Below are positions 37,310 through 47,859 of a DNA stretch of 64,000 nt, piece after piece (positions within the stretch are counted from its first letter, which is position 1; each line of letters starts with the position of its first letter). The translations under genes and the position numbers were made by a program. The notes below the pieces were generated by a model. That model saw only the letters and a program-made list of their open reading frames with translations, did no database searches and was not told where the DNA came from. The stretch comes from Utricularia gibba (Eukaryota > Plantae > Magnoliophyta), in the NCBI GenBank assembly GCA_002189035.1, contig NEEC01000002.1, positions 4,588,001 through 4,652,000 on the forward strand, written 5' to 3'.

Positions 37310-38829
37310 TTTGCTGGACTATTGACAGAAGATACAACATCATTTGAAGTAGTTGTACAAAATCCCAAAAAGAGAGCATCCATGGAGAAAGAAATGAATT
37401 ATAAACTTGAAAGTGAGACCTAGGAGTTAGTTGACAAACTCAAGGAGAGGGATTTTAAACCTATTGGCCTTAAGTGATTAATCAAAACTAAAATGAATGC
37501 AGATAGCTTTGTGAATAAACATAAGGCTAGATTAGTAGCCAAGGGATATAGTCAAATCAAAAGAATAAATTTTCATGAAATTTTTTCACCCACAGCAAAA
37601 TTTGATACAATTAAAGTACTTCTTGCCATTTTAGCTGCTCATGGATGGAAAGTGCATCACATGGATGTGAAAACTGTGTTTCTAAATGGTGTGCTGGAGG
37701 AAGTTGTTTTTGTTGAACAACGAAAGAGCTTGTAAGTGTCAAGTCATGAAGATAAAGTATTGAAGTTAAAGAAATCTCTCTATGGGTTAAAACAAGCCCC
37801 CCAAAGTATGGAATGAATGTATGGATAACTTTCTCTGAGGTATTGGTTTTATGAAAATATACAGTGATTACTCAATGTATTTTAAAGGAAAGGAAGATGA
37901 TTGTTGGATGATCTTATGATAACTACATCTTATGAAAGGAAAATTGTACATATCAAAGCTATATTGAAGAATGAATTCAAGATGATTGACCTTGGAGTGA
38001 TGTCCTACTATTTAAGCATGAAAATTTATCAATTTGTAGATGTTGGAACACTCATATCTCAGAAGAAGTACAGTAATGAGCTTCTTGAAAAGTTTGGCTT
38101 CAAAGATGTAAATCCTTCAAAAAATTCTCTAGATTACAAACAGATAATTGGAGAGAAAAACCAAGGAGCGAATGTAGATGCTACTTTATATAGAAGTATG
38201 ATTGGAAGTCTTATCTATCTCTAGCATACAAGGCCTGATATATGTTTTGGTGTAATTGTCTTATCTTGCTTCCTCAATAAACCCACAACTCATATGGCAG
38301 CTGTGAAAAGAGCTTTCAGGTATATAAAATATACTCATGATTTCAGATTTTTCTATCCCTATGAAGATGAAAAACCGATCTTCAAACTTAGGGCCTAGTC
38401 AAATGGTGATTGTGGTATGGCTGAAAACATCAAAAGTACATTTGGTGTACTTTTCTTCTTAAATTAAAGCCGTGTAGTCTTGTTTTCGAAAAGATGGTGG
38501 CATAATCAACAGTTGAAGTTGAATACATCTTTGCAGCATATACTTCAAACTATTGCATTTAGTTAAGATAGATGCCAAAAGAACTTGGATTCATACAAAA
38601 GTCACATATCTGCTTATGGATAATAGAGCTGCAATCTCAATGACCAATGATCCAACCAACTTCAATAAAGCCAAACAAATGAGAATCACGTATCATGTCA
38701 TAAGAAATTATATCAAGAAGAAGAAGATCAAAGTGTAGTATGTTGAATCTGGGAATCAACTTGCTGATGATCTTACCAAAAGTTTGAATAGGGTTCTATT
38801 TGAGCATAATCCATCATCAACCCTAGATG

Positions 38830-39600
38830 CCAAGATTTGTGCATCCCCATGTAACGTGACTTACTTTCAAAATATTATATCAACCAAAAAAAATATCTAC
38901 AAGCTTCTCTATGGATTGCTACAATGGCCCTTACCTACAATGTGTTTAAAGATTTCTTGAATGAGGAAACGTATCAAGTTTGGCATTGCAAAAGTCTATG
39001 TTTTGAAATATGGGAATGCCTTGATTCCCTCTATTTACTGTAATTTTTTTAAATAGAGTTCGAAGTTGTGAGTCTTAAAGTCATTCCCCCTATTACAACC
39101 TAAATGTTGAACTGCTCGGTCATAGGTCTCAATGAGCCTACTTGTCTTTCTCATGATATTCATTATAAAACTTTTTTCATTCAATTTCTTATGAAGTAAA
39201 AACCCGTTGTGATCCACTTCGTAGCGAATGAGGTTTGAAGAATGTATTACATCACTGATAATCTTATTGATTTCGATGGAAACAAGGCCTACTTGCTTAT
39301 ATTTCTTCATCTACGATTCAACTTTTACCATGGATACTAATAGGCATATTACTGATAGAAGTGATCTCGAGTATTGAGAATATCATAATATGAAGAAAGC
39401 TAATGGTCTCTACATAATTCAAAAATAAGCCATGGGACCATTCTCGATGTGTTGAGAAACTAACCACAAGGTTGATCATCAATAACATGAAATAGAGAAA
39501 GGATTGGCAACCTACCTTAGCTTCACATGTCATAATAGTGGATTGGATGCAATGCTATGGTCATCTCTAAAACCGAAGATAGGCTTCGATATGGACTGCC
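38830..39600 (+). mobile_element. Possible very old copia gag remnant
   Basis: The reading NEETYQVWHCKSLCFEIWECLDSLY resembles the copia gag motif (xxAKEIWxxLxxxY). Little other support. Confidence 0.3.
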
Positions 39601-41862
39601 AAACTTAATGATAGGTTGTGCATCATAAAAACTGGTGGTTTTCTAGACCATATAGCTAGTATAACTCGGATGCCATAATGACACTGCTTGAAGGGGTTTT
39701 ATCTCATAGCATAAATTGCAGAATTCGACAATGTATAGTGGATCCCTTGACCTATCGTGGATAACTTATTGGCTCAATAGATGAGGATTATGGACGCTGC
39801 ATGTATCCATTGTTCTTTCAAAAAAAGATGAAACTATATGCAAGACTCAAATGTTGAATCTTTCCAAGGATGTTATTAATGATTTAGATCTTAAACCTCA
39901 AATAGGGGAATACTATTCCAACCATAAAAAGCATGGGTATTTTCATTAGAGATCACTGAAATCCTTTAAATAGGATGAACAAAACATCTCCAATTGTTGG
40001 AACTTGTGTCGAGCTCCCTTTGAATCATCTGGAACGCGCATGAAGTATTGAAGAAAAATTGTTCAATTTCTTTAGATGAGTGATCCAAAAGAAAAATAAT
40101 GGCAAAAAGCACTCAGATTAAAGATCATATGAAGGATTGAGGTTATAGAAGCATTTAAATCATTTTCCAACCCAAACCACTATAAATACTTCCTTCTTTC
40201 TTTCATTTGGCACTTCATCTAGTGGAGACCTTGGACTTGAATTTTAGCTACTTCGATATGGTATGGATAGGCTAAGTCACACCTGGAACTACAATCACCC
40301 ATCAACATCAACGACACTTGGCCATAAAATCTTGAACTCCACTACGAAGCCTGACACGCGATACTGACCCACCGCTTGTTTGACACTTGGTTTTATTCCT
40401 TTTGATCAATTGTAATCATTACAGAGTGCTGGGTATGAGTGTAGCATACTCAATACTTCTTCTACAACATTCCTCAAAGGCTATACCCTTATTGCACTCA
40501 AAAATGTTTATATACCTAGTGCCGAACGTAATGCTTGGCAAGAGCTCTTGCACTCGGTCAAACTTGTGTGGAAGGCCTTTCAACTCTCTAAAATTCTTTC
40601 GGCATTGAGATATTCGAAGACAGCATTTTGCTAGAATACTTAGACCTTGTTATTCGATATCTAATTGTACAAATGACAAAAAATAAGGGCTTCAACGATG
40701 TGTTATGACAACCTTTTTTTTTTGCTTTAGCTACCTTGGTTCCATGTTAAAATATATGGTGATTGCTCATATCCTCAACAATCAGAGAAAAATAAAGAAA
40801 TTTTGATTTAAAAGTCGATGACACTCGTATTGATCAAAATCAATGAGATAATAACTTAGCTTGGTCTTATCGAGCATCTTACCTCCCCTTCCTTACAAAA
40901 AGATTAAAGTGATATATAAGATAAAAAATTCATCCAATAACATATAGAAAGTGAAATAAAAAGGATGCAAACCGATCTACTAGAATCATAAAAGTTATAA
41001 ATATAAGTGATGTAAAATATCTTATAAATATGCATCATAAGAATTAATTTGTAAAACAAATACTAAAATTTCATAGTTGAAAAAAAAATGAATACCATTA
41101 CAAAGAATGACTCACATAAGATCTAGATGTGTGCTAACAAAATGGAAGGGAAATTTTGGGACAATTCGTTGAAATTTATGGAAAATTGATCGTCAATAAT
41201 TTAGAATCAGTTTAAAACACTTTGACATAAATAATACTCAATGTTTCAAATAAATGATATTAGTAGTCCCTAAATATTTAAAAGAGTTGATAAAATTAGA
41301 CTCAAATAACCATGCCTAATTTTTGAATAGTGTAGAACGAATTATGTCCAATGTTTAAATAGTGAAGGATCAAAATAATTTAAATATAAAAGCTTTGGAA
41401 CTAATAACACTTGATATGTTAAACTTTGAGAATTAATTTTCATTGATACTCAAAACTTTGGGTATTGATTTTGTTAGTGTGAATGAAATATGCAATTTAT
41501 ATTAAAAAAGAATAATGGATAATTTTATGAAAATATAGTTTTTGACACAATTTACTCATTAGTGAATTTTTATCTTTAAGAAAATTCTAAAAGAAAAATC
41601 TGTTATTATTCAATTTCTATTTCTTATTAACTTTTACTAACAAAGTGTATATTAAATTATTATATATAAATTCGTTTATTCTGCGAATATATTTCAAAAC
41701 TCAATTATTTTGCAGGTGCTTTACAAATTCTCACAGTTAATTTGTCAATTTAGCCTACAAGAGGGTCCATGCTGAGATGCTCATAACTAGAGAATGTGAA
41801 GCACAGCACAAAGTGAGAGGTCGTCTGTGGGACTGAACAGAGGACTGACTGCTGGTTTTGAG

Positions 41863-42198
41863 TTACAGGTTCCTGTGGCCATGGTAGTAGATACCTGGCT
41901 GGTGGGGCGCCTCCAGAGGCGGGTATTCGAGCGATTGCTCCACCACGGTGGCCGGATCATGGAGGCTCACACGGTTGATATGAGGAAGAGTCGCATTCAA
42001 GGGCAACGTATATGACTCGGAATTCAATTCAGTTACAGTGGAAATGTAGCTTCTCTGACCGAACCCATCGGTTGTAGGAGACTCACCCTCGTTCACACTC
42101 CATGACAGAAGAGAGGGAGCAGCAAGAATATGAGGGTCCATTGGGGAATTAGTGGTTGGATCGTGTAAGCCTGTCACGTTAGGTTGGCTCTTTGAGTG
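41863..42198 (-). CDS. SPL: SPL coding exon 4 (acceptor at 42198 or 42170)
   Basis: ORF 41863-42177 frame contains AAPSLLS (the usual ALSLLS). Stop at 41863-41865. Confidence 0.75.
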   Translation of the reverse strand, partial: HSKSQPNVTGLHDPTTNSPMDPHILAAPSLLSWSVNEGESPTTDGFGQRSYISTVTELNSESYTLPLNATLPHINRVSLHDPATVVEQSLEYPPLEAPHQPGIYYHGHRNL

Positions 42199-43489
42199 CT
42201 ATGTGCAAATTCTATCATTCAAAGAGTAAAACCTTAATCTGTAAAAACCAAAGTAGAACAAGAGAAGCGAGTTTACCATGCTGTAGGATATTCCTAGTTG
42301 GATCAAGATATAAGGTGGAGATTGAACCGGGAAGTGATCACCAGGAAAACGCACAGCCTCATCAGGTGCTCCGGGTTGTGAGATCGGTAGCCCATTAAAC
42401 AAACCATGCTGCTGCATGCTGTGATCTGTCAAAGAGAAAGAGTCCCAAGAAGCTACTGTTCAGCACATGGAGCTCACATCACCATCATTAATTTGAGTTT
42501 CAGGGGGATGCAGGATGATTAAGACCACTCATGGTTCGAAAATTAACAGCACCAGTACAAGTACAAGGCTGCAGAGACATGACATGATAGATAGATAGAT
42601 AGATGGATGGATAGATAGATAGTATGGTGTCAATACACTTACTTCCTGGGCATGTGTGTGTACGGATTCGTTGCACATAAAAAAGAATAAGAAACTAATG
42701 CAGTTCAAGAACGACAAAAATAAAATAAGACCATAAAATGCAGAAGAGAGTCCGGAAGGTGTAAGTTGAAATGAATCAGGTTGAACCCTCCGCCGTCGAG
42801 CATTGTGATCGGAGAGCCGCCGCCGGCAGCTTCTTTTCTTGTCATCAAACTCAGACAGCTCATGGAACCTCATAAAAATAAATGAAACGGTATAAAAAAT
42901 TAGCACGATTTACGTGGTACCAAGAAGACAAGAGTCATGTATACCTACTGCACTGTTGGCAAAAGCGGCGTTCCATCCCAGAAATAATAACTTTGGGACT
43001 CTTGGAATGATTCTCACAAATTCTATGTCTACGATGGTAATCTTTAGCTGAAGTGAGATCAAGGTTGCATCCTTCCACTTGGCAGCAGGGATGCTGAAGA
43101 GTCTGATACGAATTCCTCGATCTTTTAGTGGTGAAAGAAGAAGCAGGGAGCGAAGATTTAGTAAATACACTATCTCCATACTCTTTTGATCTTCCAAATT
43201 TCAAACCTATGGTTGGTTCAGTGAAGCCACCAATTCTATGCATACTGAAAACATTATCATAAGTACTTTCATAAGGAACCAGAGACCCCTCCTTGAAATA
43301 ATCCCTGGACTCTAATAGTGAATCGTGAGTAGCAGACACGGGATACTTCGAGGAAGAAGAAGAGTTTCTAAGATCATTTACACCAAAAGCATTAGACAGC
43401 GTAAAATAAGACGGTTCAAGGGGCTTCCCACCATGCAAAACCAAGTCTTCCCATTCAAGATCACTGTTGCTCACAGGCTTCCCCTCCAT
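41863..43489 (-). CDS. SPL: SQUAMOSA promoter-binding protein-like transcription factor (SPL2/10/11-like), 4 coding exons; ~388 aa if exon 4 starts at 42198
   Basis: Complete SBP domain (CQVEGC...YHRRHRICENHSK...RFCQQCSR|FHELSEFDDKKRSCRRRLSDHNARRRR), a clade-typical IGLKFG motif upstream, GT-AG introns at conserved positions, and a miR156 site in the last exon. Confidence 0.93.
42103..42122 (-). promoter_or_regulatory. miR156/157 target site
   Basis: mRNA-sense CTGCTCCCTCTCTTCTGTCA, complementary to miR156 UGACAGAAGAGAGUGAGCAC except at miRNA positions 14 and 20. Confidence 0.92.
42277..42425 (-). CDS. SPL: SPL coding exon 3 (149 nt)
   Basis: Acceptor TTTGACAG| after a pyrimidine tract, donor ATG|GTAAAC. 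Open in frame. Confidence 0.7.
42586..42622. repeat. Imperfect (GATA)n microsatellite in SPL intron 2
   Basis: GATAGATAGATAGATAGATGGATGGATAGATAGATAG. Confidence 0.9.
42732..42868 (-). CDS. SPL: SPL coding exon 2 (137 nt)
   Basis: Acceptor TTATGAG|G, encodes FHELSEFD...SAFY, phase-1 donor G|GTCTTA. Confidence 0.88.
42945..43489 (-). CDS. SPL: SPL coding exon 1 (545 nt)
   Basis: ATG at 43489. Phase-2 donor AG|GTATAC after CQQCS. Confidence 0.9.
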
Positions 43490-43960
43490 TTCAGGGACAA
43501 GGTTTACCCAAAAAATTCACCTGAAAAAAAAAAAAAAAGGCTCCCCGCACTAAAACCAAGAATAACACTTGAAGAACCCCGGAAAGTTCACCAAGCATTT
43601 CATGCAACAAGGAAAATATATGAAGGAAACACTTCACCAACAGGATGTACTTAAAGGATGGTGATATTTGAATCCTACGTAGGCGCAGAAACCAAGAACA
43701 TAGGGTAGGTGGAGAAAGAGCTGGTGGTGTTTCCGCCTAGAAACACGCAGACTAGATAGGTTGCCCGCGGCCCTAACCATGAAAACCCACAAATTGAAGG
43801 CAAAAGAGACAGGTGGAAAAAAAACAACGAGCTGGACAACAATGCAGAGCGTCCCATTTCCATTAAAGTCGTTAGCTTCAAGTCCTGAAGTTCAGCAGCC
43901 GAGCTTCTTCTCACCAATTTGGATACTGTACATGATTGATGCAAAATCAGATTTCAAAAC
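43490..43960 (-). other. SPL 5' UTR containing an intron (acceptor at 43521)
   Basis: T-run followed by CAG|GTG 31 nt upstream of the ATG. Donor and transcription start not resolved. Confidence 0.55.
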
Positions 43961-45259
43961 ACTGCAAAAACAACTTTTAACCTCTTCAGACAGAGTTTCA
44001 ATTTAACTGGTCATCCTTCAAACTGTCAGGCATCGGTGAAGGCGATTTTCCATTTTTCACCAGACAAAATTCATTCACCCCAAGATCGGCATAACATGTA
44101 AATCACAATCCTACAATTGTAAAAAATGAATCTGAATTGCTTATTTTAAATTTTTGTAAAAATAAAATAAAATGATGAAAGTTAAGAAAAAGAAAAAAAA
44201 TTGAAAAAGTTACTCAAAAAAACATAAATTTTGGATCTACTCTCTACCAACATTATGTTTGCGCATATATAAACCCTCAAACTTGACTCTTGTTTACACA
44301 AATTTTACAAGTGTTATACTAAAATAATTTTATTCATGATAATCAACTACCAATCGAAAAGTATTTTATCTTTTACTAACAACTTGTGTCTTCCCACACA
44401 TAATTCTAGCTTTTATACTTGGTAACTTAGGTCTAATTGACACCCTCATTAACAATTTATTCAATCTAGTTTATGATGTTCAAGATTTACCCTCTCGAAA
44501 TTTATGGTTATAAAGTACATTTGAAAAGAAAAACAAGAACACAAAAATCACAATTCAATTTAAATATTTTTAAAAATTTGAACAAGCAAGATTATATCCA
44601 AGATCCTTGGTCCAAATATATTCAAATGCACATGATTTGATTCAAACGATAATAAAACACAGAAATAAAAGAAAATAGAAAAATAAGATATAAATATATT
44701 TCCATGTCTTTGTTTTTAGGAATACGCGAAAATCTTTTCACATCTAATACAAACAAACTTGGATCTTCATGTTAAATTTGATGTTGATTAAATCTTCATG
44801 TTTCCAAACCTCTTAGACTTCTACTCGAGGACAATTTTGTGCACTTTATATTCTTTAACTTATTGAGTCCCAAATTATTTTCAAATGAGATCAAAAATAT
44901 TTTAAGAATCTATATAATATACTTTCTTAGTAAAAAAAATATAAAATTAATCGAAATTACAGAAAAAATATGACATAAAATAGATATGAACAAATTTAAA
45001 GATTGTTGAACAACCATATTTTGAATGATGACAAAAAAAACATTTTACAACACCCAAAAATTGACAAATATTTGCTCCTAACAGCAGCGCCTAAAGTTTT
45101 GATATGTACTGCCTAGACAGTGGATTCTCGTTCTTGATGGATGATGGATACATATCAATGACAGCATTTCATACAAAATTATCTACCGTTTACAAGATGC
45201 TATTTTCACTCTAAACATCAGTCTTTTCAAACTCTCTCCGCCAATAGAGTGTGCTGCAC

Positions 45260-46075
45260 TAGAGGTGGGTTTGGTTTGAACCCGTTCCTGGAAAAATTAA
45301 AAAATTAGAAAAAAATTAAAAAAAATTAAAAAAATAAATAAAATGTATATGATTTCAGACACTTTTTTCAGATACCCATACGACGGAAGTGGGTGTCTAG
45401 AAAATTTTCTAAAACACCCATTCCCAGACATACTAACGATAGATGTGGGTGCTTGAAAAATGATCTCAGATGTCCTCATGACATTCTTACATGAGCCATG
45501 AGTAAATGTGGGTGGCCAGAGAATGGTCTCTGTCTTTTAGATGTTCTTCCAGAACACTCACAAATTAATGTGGATGTTTTAAAAAATGTAATTTTATTAT
45601 TTATGTTTTTAATTATTGATAATTTTATCACTTTAATAATTTATTTCATTTATTTATATACTATAAATTTATTTATAAAATATATATTCAAATGCTAATA
45701 ATTTAATTATTTACTTCATTTATTTAAGTCACAAATTATATTGATTTTAATTATATTTTATTGAGATAATTTATCAAGTAATTTAATTTATAGTTTTTTA
45801 TAAATTAATATAGTATATTACATAATATATCTAGTTAAATACAAAAATTAAAATTATTAAATATATTATTTGATAATATTTAAATATAAAAAAATAATTA
45901 TTACAAATTTCACTGTCACATACCCACAATGATTCATATGGGTGCCTAGAAAACACCTATAAATAGTAACCGATCGGTTCTGATTACGGTTCGGTTCGCG
46001 AATCTCGGTTTCGTTTTGGTTCAAGGTTTCGTCTGTACGGTTTCGAACCCAAACCGGAACCGTTGTCTACAGTTA
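45260..46075. mobile_element. Possible hAT-derived non-autonomous element remnant
   Basis: Left end TAGAGGTGGG...GAACCCG, right end with clustered GGTTC/GAACC subterminal repeats, very AT-rich interior. No 8-bp TSD found. Confidence 0.3.
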
Positions 46076-47859
46076 ATCTCGATTTTGGAATAGACGGTTA
46101 ATTGGAACTGTTGGGTTTCTATGCTGCACACTGTGTGCATCCGGGGAAAAAGTTTTATCTTCATGCTTTTCCTCAGTTCTCTGCAGCAAACAATAACTGC
46201 CCCTAGCAATAGCAATATTGTTATCATAGCATTAATGCATCAATTTAAGATCCTCTTTTCTCATGGCCGGTACTATCCCATCCATGGGGCCAAGTTTTCC
46301 ATGTCTACATCTACGGACTCTAGCATTCTAAACCAGTTCATTAACGTTGTCAGACTCAAAGAAGAAGATGTGTTCCATTCAAAGTGCAGGTCACGCGGAA
46401 GTGAATTCACTGTTCAAAGGCTGCAGCTTTTTAGTGGCCTTAACTTCATCTACTATAATTTTCTCAAAAATTTCCAGAAAAGAGATCGACATCTTCATAT
46501 TCATGCAAATTCCTTTTCAGTTGTCTTTTACATGGGGGGGCATATGTTCCATTTAGAACTTATCATTGATTATTGCCGACTATATTTCATTACAGAATTT
46601 GGGATAGCACAGGGTTCTTGAGCATCTCTACATGAGCCCGATGTGTCGTATCATTCCACATGGGTAGGAGGAAAGATACTTGCAGATTTTACCCATTACA
46701 AAAATCAGGAATGACAAGGAACGTAGGAAGTAGACAGATTAAGAGCAAAAGAACATTCGTGTCAAAAGCGGCCTATAATAAAAAACGGTGCGCGTTTTGC
46801 AGTTTGCAATTACAAACCAGCTTCCTCAATAATAATTACTCACTTGCGACCTTTCGACAAACACTTACTCTACAAAGTTAATACCTGTACGAGTCCTCCG
46901 TAAACCTCCCCTCCCCAACCAAAACTAGCATTAGTTCCATTGAAGCTACTAAATTCATAATCAACGACCAAGATCCAAATGTTCAACAACAGGGTATAAT
47001 GTCAAACGTCTGAATAACATCCTGACAACATTCATTTGAGTCGAAATCTTGATAAAAGCCCTCGAGCTACAGAAACAGCCATGAATTGTCTTGTATGCCT
47101 CAGGGCTTTGCTGGTCCTCTGTTGAAGTTCAGGGCAGTAAATGCGGGCAGCTGATCGATCGATCCCTCTTGAATACTTACCAAAGTTCCTCCAACCCATT
47201 GTCCGGCATCCCCCTCCCCCCATTTAATAAATTAATCACAATTTACTTATTAGCTCCGGAATCAATCCTTATTCACCAAATATATAATACATAACTTTTT
47301 TTATATTTATATTTAAAAGTATATATTTATCCTTTTCCTTAAAATAAATGATATTCAATTAAATAATGATTTAAACATAGTTCAACTTTGGTGTGCAAAA
47401 CAACATGTGGTTTCTAATTCTACTGTTGCAGACAATCCGAAAGTCGAATCCGTAAACATGAACTGCTAACAAATGCTTGGTGGGTTTCAATCATACTTTA
47501 TTGCACCCTAATTTTTGATGAATTCCAACAACAATTTGATAGAGTTTGATAAAGTTGGATGATCGGATTCAGTTTGTCACTCAATTGGATGGATATGAAT
47601 TATATTATTAGAGTAGTTTTGGTGTTCTCAAATATGTGGGCTATCTAGAGAAACATAGAATCAAAAATTTTCTGATAAGATAAAAATTGCATCTAATTCT
47701 AAAAGACTACCAACTTATCTTAGATGATTTAGATAAAAGATTTGATATGAGACCATTAAGAAAGTCTAGTAAATTTCAACCTCTATATAAAAGCATGAGT
47801 ATCAAGCTGTTGGAAAAATACCACAGTATTTAAGTTAGTTTTGGAGTATAGAATCGAGT

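Larger units (their letters stand above)
33548..38800 (+). mobile_element. Ty1/copia element of the same family as 13948-17843, degenerate, no LTRs seen
   Basis: gag IWDTLK near 33620, LWHKYFGH, integrase, RT ([23 protein letters not shown]) and RNase H. Collinear with the reverse complement of 14250-17300. Confidence 0.9.

Noticed and set aside
42103-42122. Plus-strand sequence reading almost exactly like mature miR156 (TGACAGAAGAGAGGGAGCAG)
   Set aside because: It is the antisense of the SPL target site. No complementary star arm is visible nearby, so it is not called a MIR156 precursor.
46121-46621. 166-aa plus-strand ORF as a host gene
   Set aside because: Non-ATG start in the track, no recognisable domain, and composition like translated non-coding DNA.
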